A stretch of DNA of 64,000 bases from an uncultured Acidimicrobiales bacterium (GCA_963793475.1 CAWCAL010000013.1:6614-70613); one strand, 5' to 3'. Positions 27,048 to 37,430 are shown, counted from the stretch's first letter. Numbers and translations are program-made. Notes: a model not told the origin generated them from the sequence alone.

Positions 27048-27088
27048 TGGGGTCGATCGTGCACCGTGGCGGTGCACGATCGACCCCA
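27048..27088. repeat. 41-nt perfect palindromic element (18-bp stem, 5-nt loop), copy 1 of a two-member family
   Basis: tggggtcgatcgtgcacc-gtggc-ggtgcacgatcgacccca lies between convergent gene ends (27019 and 27096). It shares termini and length with the element at 42087..42127. Confidence 0.9.
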
Positions 27089-27095
27089 GAACGCC

Positions 27096-28772
27096 TCAGG
27101 CCAGTTGGGAGGTGGCAGCCAGCTCGAGCTCGCCGTCGAGGTAGCGCTGCTTGCACAGCACCCGCTGGAGTTTGCCCGACGACGTCTTGGGCAACGTGCC
27201 CGGAGCGACCAGGCACACCTCCTTGACCGGGAGCCCCACGGCCTCGCGGGCGTGTTCGGCGACCCGCTTGCGGGTGAGGGCCAGATCCTCCGAGCGGGTC
27301 TCGGCCACGACGACGACGGTCTGCTTGCCTCGCCGACCGTCGACTCCGAAGGCGATGACGTTGCCCGTCCGCACGCCCTCGATCTCGCCGGCGGCCCGCT
27401 CGATGTCCTGCGGGTAGACATTGCGCCCTCCGACGATGATGACGTCCTTGATCCGGCCGCACAGCACCAGCTGCCCATCGACCAGATAGGCCAGGTCGCC
27501 GGTGCGGAACCAGTCGTCGTGGAACGCTTCGCGGGTGCGCTGCCGATCGTTGTAGTACTGCGCGGTCACCGAGCTGCCCCGGATCTCGAGCTCGCCGACA
27601 TCGCGTTCGGCCAGCACCCGACCCGACTCACTGTCGGTGACGCGGAACTCCAGCCCGGTCATGGCCCGACCGAGCATGACCAGCTCGCGAGCGCTGGGGT
27701 GATCGGGAGGCACCGATGCGGCGTAGCGCTCGTTCTCGAGCACCGTGGCGTCCACCACATCGACGCGGAGGCCCTGGCCCGGATCGGGAAACGAGCCGGC
27801 GATCGTGGTCTCGGCCATGCCGAAGGCGGGGAACACGGCGCCGGGATCGAGCTGGTGGCGGGCGCCGGCATCGATGAAGGAGCGCATGGCACCCGGGTCG
27901 ATGGGCTCGGCGCCGTTGAGTGCGACCCGAAGCGAGGAGAGGTCGAGTGGTTCCTCGGCGTTCCTCATCCCGCGGGTGGCGAGGACGTATGCGAAGTTGG
28001 GGCCGGCGGTGGCGGTGCCCTGATATTCGGAGATCCACTGCATCCAGCGGGCGGGATGGGCCATGAAGTCCTGCGGTGCGGCCAGCACCATGCCGGCGCC
28101 CGAGTACATGGTGAGGCCGAGCACCCCGATGAGACCCATGTCGTGGTACAGCGGCAGCCAGGAGACGAGACGGTCGGTGTCGGGATCGAACCTGGTGCGC
28201 TCCTGGATGGCGTCGAGGTTGGCGACGAGGTTCCGCTGGAGCACCGTCACCCCCTTGGGAGAGTCCGTGGAGCCCGACGTGAACTGGAGGATGGCGAGCC
28301 GGTCGGGATCGTCGTCCGGACGGCGGAAGGCTCCCGATCCGAGCCGGGCAGCGTCGGCGGTGATCTCCTCGAAGCCCACCATCGGTGGGTCGGCCCGCTC
28401 GGGGGTGATGAACCCGGCGAGGTCGGCGTCGATCAGGGTGAGGACCGACTCGGAAGCCCGGAGCCGCACCCGGGTCTGCGCGATGAACTCCTCGATGGAC
28501 GAGAGCCGCATGGGCAACGGGAGGACCACGGTGGCGGCTCCGGCCAGCCACGTGGCTTGCAGGGCGGTCACCAGCGCACGGCTGGTGGGACCGATCAGCG
28601 CAACGTGATCGCCGGGACGCACCCCCGATCCTGCAGCGCCGCGGCCATGGCGCGTCGCCTCGTCGTGGAGCTGTGACCACGGAATCCGATCGGCCTCGTC
28701 TCCATTGAGGAACACGATGTCACCGTGGCCTCGGGCCGCAGCGGATTCGATGCGTTGCGTGAAAGTGTCCAT
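27096..28772 (-). CDS. Fatty acyl-AMP ligase / AMP-binding enzyme (FadD32-like subgroup)
   Basis: ORF 27096..28772 has adenylation motifs (LQFTSGSTDSPKGV, YHDMGLIG, TGDLAY, KTSSGKLQR). The insertion pattern is typical of FAALs. Confidence 0.85.
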   Translation of the reverse strand: MDTFTQRIESAAARGHGDIVFLNGDEADRIPWSQLHDEATRHGRGAAGSGVRPGDHVALIGPTSRALVTALQATWLAGAATVVLPLPMRLSSIEEFIAQTRVRLRASESVLTLIDADLAGFITPERADPPMVGFEEITADAARLGSGAFRRPDDDPDRLAILQFTSGSTDSPKGVTVLQRNLVANLDAIQERTRFDPDTDRLVSWLPLYHDMGLIGVLGLTMYSGAGMVLAAPQDFMAHPARWMQWISEYQGTATAGPNFAYVLATRGMRNAEEPLDLSSLRVALNGAEPIDPGAMRSFIDAGARHQLDPGAVFPAFGMAETTIAGSFPDPGQGLRVDVVDATVLENERYAASVPPDHPSARELVMLGRAMTGLEFRVTDSESGRVLAERDVGELEIRGSSVTAQYYNDRQRTREAFHDDWFRTGDLAYLVDGQLVLCGRIKDVIIVGGRNVYPQDIERAAGEIEGVRTGNVIAFGVDGRRGKQTVVVVAETRSEDLALTRKRVAEHAREAVGLPVKEVCLVAPGTLPKTSSGKLQRVLCKQRYLDGELELAATSQLA

Positions 28773-28834
28773 CGGGGGTTGGACTCTCCGGGGGATCGAC
28801 GGGTTACAACACTATGACGCCGCCATGACCCGTG

Positions 28835-31306
28835 TCACACGACGATGTTGACCAAGCGGGGCGGACGGACGATGACCTTCTTCGGGGCTCCGGTCAAATG
28901 GCGCTGGACGCCGTCGGCGGCCAGTGCGAGCGCTTCCGCGTCGGCCTCCGAGACATCGGTCGGGACCTCCATCCGGTCCCGGACCTTTCCGTTGACCTGG
29001 ACGACCATGGTGACCGTGTCGTCGACCAGCAGATCGGGGTCGGCGACCGGCCACGACCGCTCGTGGACGTGGTCACCGTGGCGCTGCTCCCACAGCTCGC
29101 CGGTGATGTGCGGGACCGGCGGTGCGAGGACGAGAAGGAGCGCGTCGACGGCGTCGCCCAGGGTGACACCGTGGGGTCCTTCGTCGGACTGGACGTACCG
29201 GTAGAGCTCGTTGGTGAACTCCATCGCAGCGGCCACCGCGGTGTTGAACGACCACCGGTCGTAGTCGGATCTGATGCGGTCGAGCATCTTGTGGGTCGAG
29301 CGGTGGATCGCCTGGTCGGCCTGGGTGCGCTCGCCGTGACGGGCCAGCGGAACGAGGTCGCTGTCGGGGATCGCCAGCCGCCACAGTCGGGACAGGAAGC
29401 GACCCGCTCCCTCGATGGCGAAGTCCTCCCAGTCGACGTCCTCGGCCGGCGGCTTCGCCTGCAGGATCGCCAGGCGGAGTGCGTCGGCGCCGTGTTCGGC
29501 GACGGCGTCCTCCGGCGCGACCAGGTTGCCCTGGGACTTGCTCATCTTGCCGCCACCCAGCCGGACCATGCCCTGGGTGAAGAGACGCTTGAACGGCTCA
29601 CGCAGGTCCTTGGGAACGTAGCCCAGGTCGGACAGGGCCTTGGTGAAGAACCGGGCGTACATCAGGTGGAGGATGGCGTGCTCGATGCCACCGATGTACT
29701 GGTCGACCGGCAGCCAGCGCGCCACCGCCTCGGGCGTGAAGGGAGCGTCGTGGTTGAACGCGTCGGCGAAGCGCAGGAAGTACCAGGACGAGTCGACGAA
29801 CGTGTCCATCGTGTCGGTCTCGCGGCGGGCGGGCTCACCGCACGAGGGGCAGGTCGTGTGCAGGAATCCCTCGTGGGACAGCAGCGGTGACTGACCGGTG
29901 GGGACGAACTCGACGTCGTCGGGCGCCAGGATCGGCAGCTGGTCGTCGGGCACCGGCTGAGCGCCGCACGACTCGCAGTACACGATGGGGATGGGGCAGC
30001 CCCAGAAGCGTTGGCGCGACAGCAGCCAGTCACGCAGGCGGAAGTTGATCCGCTTCTCCCCCAGCCCCTGCCGGCCGAGCCACTCGATGGCCTTGTCGAT
30101 GGCGGGCTCCACGTCGAGCCCGTCGAGCCACTCGCTGTTGATGGCGGGGCCGTCGCCGACGTACGCCTCGCCCTCCCAGCCCTCGGGGGGCTGGACGGTG
30201 CGCACGATGTCCAGGTCGTAGGCCGTGGCGAAGTCCCAGTCGCGCTGGTCCTGACCCGGTACGGCCATGATGGCGCCCGTGCCGTAGCCCATGAGCACGT
30301 AGTCGGCCAGGAACAGGGGGATGGGCTGTTCGGTGAACGGATTCACCACGTTGGTGCCGGTGAAGACCCCCCGCTTGTCCAGGTCGCCGCCGGCCGCCAA
30401 CCGGTCGATCTCGCTGCGCTGGGCCACCTCGGCCCGGAAGGCTGCCACCGCGTCGCGCTGGACGTCGGAGGTGAGCTCGTCGACCCGGGGATGCTCGGGC
30501 GACATCACCGCGAACGTCATGCCGAACGAGGTGTCGGGGCGCGTCGTGTAGATCGAGAGGCCGTCGATGTCGGTGCGGGGTTGGCCGGCCTCGTCGGCGA
30601 TGGGCAGCGAGAACTCGGCGCCCTCGGATCGGCCGATCCAGTTGCGCTGCATGATCTTGACCCGTTCGGGCCACTCGAGGTCGTCCAGGTCGTCGAGCAG
30701 CTCCTGGGCGTAGTCGGTGATCTTGTAGAACCACTGCTCGAGGTCGCGCCGCTCGACCGGGTCGCCCGAGCGCTCGCAGGTGCCGTCGGCGAGGACCTGC
30801 TCGTTGGCCAGCACGGTCTGGCAGCCAGGGCACCAGTTGACGGGCGACTCGGCCCGGTAGACCAGACCGGCCTCGTAGAAGCGCAGGAAGATCCACTGAC
30901 TCCACTTGATGAACTCGGGGTCGTGGCTCTTGACCATGCGACGCCAGTCGTAGACCGCTCCGATGTGCCGCAGCGACGAGGACAGCTCCTCGATACGGGC
31001 GTCGGTGTAGGGGCGGGGGTGCTCCCCACTCTTCAGGGCCGCGTTCTCGGCCGGAAGCCCGAAGCTGTCGAACCCGATCGGCGACAGGACCCCCTGGCCG
31101 TTCATCGTCCGGTAGCGGACCAGCAGATCGCCGAAGGTGTAGTTCCGCACATGGCCGATGTGGGCCGGGCCGCTGGGATAGGGATACATCGACAGGACGT
31201 ATCCTTTGGGGCGCGGATCGTCGTTGTCGATCTCGTAGGTGCCCTCGTCGTGCCAGCGCTGTTGCCAGCGCGGCTCGATGGCTCGGGGGGAGTAGGCATC
31301 GGCCAT
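28835..31306 (-). CDS. leuS: Leucine--tRNA ligase
   Basis: ATG at 31306 ([22 protein letters not shown]). HIGH motif: [18 protein letters not shown] motif: [10 protein letters not shown]. 823 aa and intact. Confidence 0.95.
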   Translation of the reverse strand: MADAYSPRAIEPRWQQRWHDEGTYEIDNDDPRPKGYVLSMYPYPSGPAHIGHVRNYTFGDLLVRYRTMNGQGVLSPIGFDSFGLPAENAALKSGEHPRPYTDARIEELSSSLRHIGAVYDWRRMVKSHDPEFIKWSQWIFLRFYEAGLVYRAESPVNWCPGCQTVLANEQVLADGTCERSGDPVERRDLEQWFYKITDYAQELLDDLDDLEWPERVKIMQRNWIGRSEGAEFSLPIADEAGQPRTDIDGLSIYTTRPDTSFGMTFAVMSPEHPRVDELTSDVQRDAVAAFRAEVAQRSEIDRLAAGGDLDKRGVFTGTNVVNPFTEQPIPLFLADYVLMGYGTGAIMAVPGQDQRDWDFATAYDLDIVRTVQPPEGWEGEAYVGDGPAINSEWLDGLDVEPAIDKAIEWLGRQGLGEKRINFRLRDWLLSRQRFWGCPIPIVYCESCGAQPVPDDQLPILAPDDVEFVPTGQSPLLSHEGFLHTTCPSCGEPARRETDTMDTFVDSSWYFLRFADAFNHDAPFTPEAVARWLPVDQYIGGIEHAILHLMYARFFTKALSDLGYVPKDLREPFKRLFTQGMVRLGGGKMSKSQGNLVAPEDAVAEHGADALRLAILQAKPPAEDVDWEDFAIEGAGRFLSRLWRLAIPDSDLVPLARHGERTQADQAIHRSTHKMLDRIRSDYDRWSFNTAVAAAMEFTNELYRYVQSDEGPHGVTLGDAVDALLLVLAPPVPHITGELWEQRHGDHVHERSWPVADPDLLVDDTVTMVVQVNGKVRDRMEVPTDVSEADAEALALAADGVQRHLTGAPKKVIVRPPRLVNIVV

Positions 31307-31422
31307 GGCCGGAGAGGTTACGCGACTTCGCGCCGCACCCAGGTGGTAGATCGACAGCCCACGGCCTCGTCCGTTTCCGGACATCTCATTGGTGAGCCGA
31401 AGTGCTAGCCTCACGGGCTCCC

Positions 31423-31495
31423 GGGGCTATAGCTCAGTTGGTAGAGCGCTTCCATGGCATGGAAGAGGTCAGGGGTTCAATTCCCCTTAGCTCCA
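31423..31495 (+). tRNA. tRNA-Ala (anticodon GGC)
   Basis: GGGGCTATAGCTCAGTTGGTAGAGCGCTTCCATGGCATGGAAGAGGTCAGGGGTTCAATTCCCCTTAGCTCCA folds as a cloverleaf. The anticodon loop is A-T-GGC-A-T and the G3:U70 Ala identity pair is present. CCA is not encoded. Confidence 0.95.
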
Positions 31496-31590
31496 CGGGA
31501 ACCCTCGGGTTCCGGGAACCCTGCGGGTTCCTTTCGAGTTTCGGCTTCGCCGAAACATCGGCGCCTGCTGCTGCGAGCTAGCTTCCTCGG

Positions 31591-32403
31591 ATGGCTCCCG
31601 ACCATCTGCTCCCGCCCGACGGCCTCTCCGGGAAGGGCCGCCTCGGTCGGCGCACGCTGAAGCGGTTCCTGTACTCGCAGCTGCAGTTCCGCAACGCGCT
31701 CATGATCGCCACCGGCAAAGAGCAGCCGTTGATGAAGTTCACGGTCGAGGCCGAGCCCCCGTCGGTGTACTTCAACTTCCGGGTCAAGGACTCCCACGCG
31801 ACAGCGGCGGCCTTCGGTCTGCCCCGCCGCTTCGAGCTGGCCCCGATGGCGCACCTCGCGGACGACGAGCCGGTCCCGATGTTGACCCTCAACGTGTACC
31901 GGGTGTCCGGCATCGCCCGCGGGATCCGGGCCGAGTGGTCCACGTTCATCACCGACCGAGGGGGCATCCCCCGCTTCATGGTGGTGGCCGCCCAGAGTGC
32001 CACCACCTCCATGGACCCGATCGACGTCATCACCAAGGCCGGACGGGTCGAGCACGAACGCACCGGCAACTCGCTTCGTACGGTGGTGGACACCTTCAAC
32101 GGGCTCTTCGAGGCGATGGTCCAGCTCGACCCCGACCACGCCGAACCGGCCGCTGCCGCGCCTGACTGGATCCGGGCCAACGACTTCATCTACTGGAAGA
32201 ACGGGGTCTGCGACCGCACCTTCTACGACGCCGGCCTCACGTCATCGCCGCTCGAGGTGGCGCCTTCCGACCGAGTCGAGATCTCGCACGCCACCGAGTG
32301 GGCCGAGTTCGTCGAACCCGACCCGCAGGTCGTCGTCTTCCCCGGTGCCATCGAGTTCGTGATCATGCCCTGGTGCAACATCGACATGACCCCGGGCAGC
32401 TAG
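31591..32403 (+). CDS. Hypothetical protein (possibly an acetoacetate-decarboxylase-like/DUF2071-type beta fold; tentative)
   Basis: ORF 31591..32403 has coding-like composition and no shadowing conserved gene. Alternative Met starts are at 31702 and 31732. No family was recognised with confidence. Confidence 0.45.
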   Translation: MAPDHLLPPDGLSGKGRLGRRTLKRFLYSQLQFRNALMIATGKEQPLMKFTVEAEPPSVYFNFRVKDSHATAAAFGLPRRFELAPMAHLADDEPVPMLTLNVYRVSGIARGIRAEWSTFITDRGGIPRFMVVAAQSATTSMDPIDVITKAGRVEHERTGNSLRTVVDTFNGLFEAMVQLDPDHAEPAAAAPDWIRANDFIYWKNGVCDRTFYDAGLTSSPLEVAPSDRVEISHATEWAEFVEPDPQVVVFPGAIEFVIMPWCNIDMTPGS

Positions 32404-32413
32404 GAGCGCTCGC

Positions 32414-32803
32414 CTACGCCGTACCCTCGACGGGGACGCTCCACTCGATCCGCTCCATGTCCGCCCAGAGCCGGTCGAGCGAGTAGAACTCGCGCACGTC
32501 GCCGCGGAAGACGTGCACCACCAGATCGCCGTAGTCGAGCAACACCCATTGCCGAGTGTCGAGGCCCTCGCTGTTGATGGGCCGGACGCCACCCACCTCG
32601 GCGACTCGGGCCTCGATCTCGTCCGCGATGGCCTTGACCTGACGATCGTTGGCGCCGGTCGTGATCACGAAGAACTCGGCGATCCCCAGGACCGGACCGA
32701 CCTGGAGCACGACCGTGTCGGTCCCTTTCTTGTCGTCGGCGGCACGCGCCGCTTCGACCGCCAACGCGGTCGGATCGGGGAACTCGGCCTCGTCCGCCGT
32801 CAC
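32414..32803 (-). CDS. rsfS: Ribosome silencing factor RsfS (Iojap family)
   Basis: ORF 32414..32803. The sequence is KKGTDTVVLQVGPVLGIAEFFVITTGANDRQVKAIADEIE...WVLLDYGDLVVHVFRGDVREFYSLDRLW. Confidence 0.9.
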   Translation of the reverse strand: MTADEAEFPDPTALAVEAARAADDKKGTDTVVLQVGPVLGIAEFFVITTGANDRQVKAIADEIEARVAEVGGVRPINSEGLDTRQWVLLDYGDLVVHVFRGDVREFYSLDRLWADMERIEWSVPVEGTA

Positions 32804-32806
32804 CGG

Positions 32807-34232
32807 CTACTCCCCCTGCGCCGCGACGAAGTCGGCGCCCACGACGACCGTCAGGTCCATCTCCGACGTGGGATTGGCTCGCAGTTCGATTGCGCCGACG
32901 CCCAGGGCGTCGCGCACGTTCTCGGCCTGCTCGGCCATGTCCGGGTCGTGGTAGATGATGACCGTCTCCTCGTAGTCGTAGCTGCGGGCGTTGCCGATTC
33001 GTTGGAGACTGATTCCCAACGGCACCATGCGATCGGCGGCGACGAACTCGATGTCCGGCTCCCCGACGCCGTCGAGGATACGCATCGCGACCCGGTCCCC
33101 ACCCGTGCCGACCGCGAACGGGACCATGCGGACCATCAGTTCGTCCAGGGCGCGCGGGCTCGGGCGAGTCGAACTCGGTGACCTCGTCCACCTCGACCCG
33201 GTACAGGGGAAAGTCCGGAAAGGTCACGTCGCCGGCCGCCATCAGCCGCACCACCGCGCCGAGGCCACGATCGGCCTCGCCGGGGATCGATTCGGGTCCG
33301 GCGTCGCCGGCCGCCGCGAGCCAGGCCTTCCACAGTTCCTCCTGCCGGGCCATGACGTCGAGCCGGTTCTCGGCCTCGGACGGCGCCGAGACCCAGGCCG
33401 CCGCCTCGGCGGCGCTGAGATCGAGCTCTCCGACCGGGTAGGTCGTGTCCCCGACGGTCACTTCCCTGCGATTCTGGACGGTGATGGGCGCCACACCCGC
33501 CAGCAGCGATTCCCATTCGACCGGACCGACCTGGGTGACGCTGTCCGCCACGACGCCGAGCATCTCCTCGGTCACGGCACGAAGCCCGTCCAGCCCGGCG
33601 TCCTCGTAGGCCAGGTCGTACACGACCCCGACGTTCTCGGCTCCATCGGGAGCCGCCATCCATGGTGCGGCGACGCTGGGCACGGTGACCACCATGCGTT
33701 GCGGGACCAACAGCGCCGCGCCGCCGCCCGACTCACCGGCGGCCAGGAAGGTCGTTCCCAGATGCCGACCCTGGGCATCAACCCCCACCACGATGGCCGT
33801 CGGCGTCGGTGTGGTGAACGCCTCGTACCCCGGCGCATCGGGATCGTTGGGGACGATGCGGGCATCCTCGCTCTTCAGCTCGTCCACCGTGCGGAGGCCT
33901 TCCAGCGCCAACAGCGGCAGTGTCGCCAGGATGGCCAGGCCGAGAAGGGCGAGGAGCCATGTGACCCGATGGCTCCGCTTCTCGCGCCGACGGCGCCGCT
34001 GGGCCCGCTGACCGGTTCCGTGGTCGGGGAGGGTCACGATCTCGTCGATCGACGGCGGCCGGGTCTCGTCCTCGCCTCCGGCGACCGCCCCGGCCGGAGG
34101 GTCGATCGGCGCGTGTTCGACGGCGTCGCCGGGACTCGGGACGTCGCCGGCCTCGCCGTCCGGAAGGGGCCCCTCGTGACGCGGTGTCTCGTCGATCTCG
34201 TCGGGTGTCGTGTCCCGTCCCACGGTGGTCAT
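32807..34232 (-). CDS. Membrane-anchored protein with C-terminal LytR_C domain; one frame break as assembled
   Basis: ORF 32400..34232 has a charged N-terminus, a TM segment (VTWLLALLGLAILATLPLLAL) and an extracytoplasmic region. It joins ORF 32807..33136 (RILDGVGEPD...VVVGADF, LytR_C-like). The frame changes near 33152-33162. It lies between nadD and rsfS, as in many actinobacteria. Confidence 0.7.
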
Positions 34233-34238
34233 CGCCGG

Positions 34239-34814
34239 TCAACCATAGAGCCGCTCATCCACGATCATGACAGCGGCTCGGGCCGGCGTGAGGCCATGGA
34301 TGGGCTCGCCGGCCGCCACCCGACGTCGCAGGTCGGTCCCGGAGATCTCCAGTCCCGGGATCTCCACCGAACGGCAGGACCACCCCGGCGGCACCCCTGC
34401 GGACGCGTACCCCGGTCGGTTGACCACCACGATGTCCACCATGTGCCGAAGTTCGTCCGCTCGGTGCCAGGTGTCCAGACCCGCGGCGGCGTCCGCGCCC
34501 ACGATGAGCGACACCTCGACCGTCGACCGATCTCGCCGCATCTGCTCGACCGTGTCGATCGTGTAGGTGGGACCCTCACGGTGGAGCTCGAGGTCGGAGG
34601 CGACAAGACCGTCGATTCCCTCGATCGCCGCCTCGACCAGGCGCAGCCGGACGGCGGGATCGGTGATGGGGCGGGACCCCTCCTTCTGCCAGGGTTCCCG
34701 GGCCACGACCATCCAGACCTCGTCGAGCCCCGCGGCCCATCCGGCGTGACAGGCTGCAACGATGTGACCGACGTGGGGCGGATCGAACGTTCCTCCGAAA
34801 ATGCCGAGCTTCAT
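34239..34814 (-). CDS. nadD: Nicotinate-nucleotide adenylyltransferase
   Basis: ATG at 34814 (MKLGIFGGTFDPPHVGHIVAA...). The (H/T)xGH motif is present. 191 aa. Confidence 0.9.
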   Translation of the reverse strand: MKLGIFGGTFDPPHVGHIVAACHAGWAAGLDEVWMVVAREPWQKEGSRPITDPAVRLRLVEAAIEGIDGLVASDLELHREGPTYTIDTVEQMRRDRSTVEVSLIVGADAAAGLDTWHRADELRHMVDIVVVNRPGYASAGVPPGWSCRSVEIPGLEISGTDLRRRVAAGEPIHGLTPARAAVMIVDERLYG

Positions 34815-34952
34815 CGGCTCATCCCATCCACAATGGTCCGCCACGCCGCCCGATCATGCCCCAGCCGGCGACGGTCGCGGCGGTCCCCACCAAGATTTCG
34901 CCTCAACACGTCGAATTCCTCGCCGATGTGAAGAGCACGCACCACCGACCGC

Positions 34953-34970
34953 ACGTGACATTGGTCACGT
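34953..34970. promoter_or_regulatory. 18-bp perfect palindrome in the nadD / sigma-factor divergent region (candidate operator)
   Basis: ACGTGAC-ATTG-GTCACGT at 34953..34970. A half-site-like repeat TCACATTGGT lies at 35009..35018. The surrounding region is less GC-rich than the rest of the window. Confidence 0.3.
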
Positions 34971-35090
34971 CATCCCCCGGAACATCTCGCACCGTATACA
35001 TGTTGAAGTCACATTGGTTGCCAAAAGGCCCGCTGAACAGAACCAGGAATTGGGAACAACCCCGGCTCCCGGTTCGTTGAATGGAATACG

Positions 35091-35924
35091 ATGAGCGATT
35101 CGGTTGGACAGTATCTCAATGAAATCGGGGCCGTGGCCCTGCTGACAGCGCAGGAAGAGCGCGAGTTGGCCCAAGTGATCGAACGTGGGGTCGAGGCCCG
35201 AGCGGAGATCGAAGCGGGCAACAACGACCGCAAGTTGCGCAAGGCCGCCGCCGATGCGGCGCGAGCGAAAGACCGCTTCATCCGGGCGAACCTCCGGCTC
35301 GTGGTCAGCGTCGCCCGCCGCTATCCCCTTCCCCCCGGCATGGAGCTCCTCGACCTGATCCAGGAAGGAAATCTGGGCCTCGAGCACGCCGTCGACAAGT
35401 TCGACTGGCGCAAGGGCTTCAAGTTCTCGACCTATGCCACCTTCTGGATCCGCCAGGCCATCGGACGGGCCCTGGATCAGAAGGCCAGCCTGGTCCGGCT
35501 CCCCGGCGACCGTTCTGCCAGCCTCCGAGCGGCCCTCCGTCGGGTCTCGGGCGACGGCGACGGCCTCGACGACGAGCACGCCCGGCTCCATCGACTCACC
35601 ACCCCGACCTCGCTCGATCGCACCGTCGGCGACGACGACAGCAACGAGCTGGTCGACCTGCTGCCCGACAGCAACCCCGGGCCCGAAATGCTGGTGATGG
35701 CCGCAGCCCACGACGAGATGGTCCACGACCTGCTCGAGGTGCTCGAGCCACGAGCCCGCTACGCGGTCGAGCAACGGTTCGGACTCCTCGACGGCCAGCG
35801 TCGCAGCTACCGCGAGGTCGGCGAGGAACTGGGCGTGACCGCCGAGGCGGCCCGCCGGTTGGTCAAGCGAGCGGTCACCACCGTCCGCGACACCGCCGAT
35901 GAGGCCACCATCGACGCCGCCTGA
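35091..35924 (+). CDS. RNA polymerase sigma-70 family factor (group 2/3-like, no region 1.1)
   Basis: ORF 35091..35924 shows QYLNEIGAVALLTAQEERELA, FIRANLRLVVSVARRY, LIQEGNLGLEHAVDKFDWRKGFKFSTYATFWIRQAI and the region 4 HTH SYREVGEELGVTAEAARRLVKRA. Confidence 0.9.
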   Translation: MSDSVGQYLNEIGAVALLTAQEERELAQVIERGVEARAEIEAGNNDRKLRKAAADAARAKDRFIRANLRLVVSVARRYPLPPGMELLDLIQEGNLGLEHAVDKFDWRKGFKFSTYATFWIRQAIGRALDQKASLVRLPGDRSASLRAALRRVSGDGDGLDDEHARLHRLTTPTSLDRTVGDDDSNELVDLLPDSNPGPEMLVMAAAHDEMVHDLLEVLEPRARYAVEQRFGLLDGQRRSYREVGEELGVTAEAARRLVKRAVTTVRDTADEATIDAA

Positions 35925-36062
35925 CGGCATCCCTCCGGCGCTCCGCCTCCGGGATACCTGGAAGTTCAGCAATGCTGAACCCTCACCCTGGAGTGCCGTT
36001 CGTTCAACCCCGGCCGCTGGGCCTAGCCTGAGATCCCACCCCGGCGAGACTCGGAGGAACGG

Positions 36063-37413
36063 GTGAGCGAACAGACCTGGACACCCGCGAGCTGGCGTGA
36101 GCACCCCGCTCTGCAGCAGCCCCACTGGCCCGACACCGCCGAGCTCGCTCGCGTCGAAGCGACGCTGGCGTCCCTCCCGCCCCTCGTGTTCGCTGGTGAG
36201 GCACGGGCGCTGACCACCCAGCTGTCCAGGGTTGCCGCCGGCGAGGCCTTCCTGCTGCAGGCCGGAGACTGTGCCGAGTCGTTCGGCGAGTTCTCGGCCG
36301 ACGCCATTCGCGACAAGCTGCGGGTCATCCTCCAGATGGCCGTCGTCCTGGCGTACTCGGCCGGCGTGCCCGTGGTGAAGGTGGGCCGAATCGCAGGTCA
36401 GTTCGCCAAACCGCGCTCCTCCGACACCGAGATCCGCGAATGGCGTCGAGCTGCCCAGCTTCCGGGGCCACATGGTGAACGACGAGGCCTTCGACGGGTT
36501 GGCACGCGCCGCCGACCCCAACCGGCTCCTCGACGCCTACCACCAATCCGCGGCCACGATGAACCTGCTCCGATCCTTCACCAAGGGAGGGTTCGCCGAC
36601 CTGTCCCGAGTGCACCAGTGGAACCAGGAGTTCGTCGCCTCCAGCCCGGCGGGCAAGCGGTACGACGAGTTGGCGGCGGGGATCGATCGGGCGCTGCGGT
36701 TCATGGAGGCCTGCGGAATCAGCACCGAGACCCAGCCCGATCTCCACGCGGTCGACTTCTACACCAGCCACGAGGCCCTGATCCTGGGCTACGAGGAACC
36801 GCTCACCCGCCTCGACAGCCTGACCGACGAGTGGTACGACTGCTCGGCCCACATGCTCTGGATCGGCGAGCGCACCCGCCAGATCGACGGTGCCCACATG
36901 GCGTTTCTCGCCGGGGTGCGCAACCCGATCGGGTGCAAGATCGGTCCGACCGTGACCCCCGACGAGGTGCTCGCCATCTGCCAGCGCCTCAATCCCGACC
37001 GCGAGCCGGGTCGGCTCACCCTCATCACCCGCATGGGGGCCGAGCAGGTCGACGAGCACCTGCCGCCCCTCCTCGAGGCGGTCCGGGACTCGGGTCATCC
37101 GGTGGTCTGGGTCTGCGACCCCATGCACGGCAACACGTACACCACCGAGGACGGCACCAAGACGCGTCACTTCGATGCGATCCTCCAAGAGATCGGCGGC
37201 TTCTTCCGGGCCCACGACGCGGCCGGCACCTGGCCCGGCGGGGTGCACTGCGAACTGACCGGCGCCGATGTCACCGAGTGCCTGGGCGGCGCCCAGGAGC
37301 TGGTCGACGCCGACCTCGGCACCCGGTACGAGACCATGTGCGACCCGCGGCTCAACGCCAGGCAGTCTCTGGACCTGGCCTTCCGCGTGGCCGAGCTCCT
37401 GCACCACCGGTAG
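36063..37413 (+). CDS. Class II 3-deoxy-7-phosphoheptulonate (DAHP) synthase; one frame break as assembled
   Basis: GTG at 36063 follows ggagg. The N-terminal part is [19 protein letters not shown]...[11 protein letters not shown] (ORF 36063..). The C-terminal part is MVNDEAFDG...[14 protein letters not shown]...DPMHGNT (ORF 36472..37413). The frame changes near 36437-36445. Confidence 0.85.
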
Positions 37414-37430
37414 CCGGCCCGGACCGGCGG

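Noticed and set aside
27048-27088. The 18-bp-stem palindrome as a canonical bidirectional intrinsic terminator.
   Set aside because: This is not fully rejected, but neither strand has a T-run after the stem; the TTTT lies before it on the plus strand. A same-length relative with conserved termini exists at 42087..42127, so it is reported as a repeat family instead.
31307-31422. T-box or other riboswitch-like leader upstream of leuS; several small hairpins are present, for example GTCCG-GAAA-CGGAC.
   Set aside because: The leader is only ~115 nt. I could not find the conserved T-box sequence (AAnnGGGUGGUACCGCG-like) or a convincing specifier loop; UGGGUGCGGCGCG is only a weak resemblance. A covariance-model scan (Rfam T-box RF00230) would be needed to revive this.
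31423-31495. tRNA-Ala as the attachment site of an integrated element.
   Set aside because: No integrase, excisionase or phage/ICE genes are nearby. I did not see a duplicated copy of the tRNA 3' end in the flanking sequence, and the flanking genes are backbone genes.
35973-36032. Short ORF ([19 protein letters not shown]) upstream of DAHP synthase as an aromatic-amino-acid attenuation leader peptide; also the nearby gttcagc-aat-gctgaac hairpin.
   Set aside because: The peptide has a single aromatic codon and no Shine-Dalgarno. No alternative terminator/antiterminator pairing is evident.
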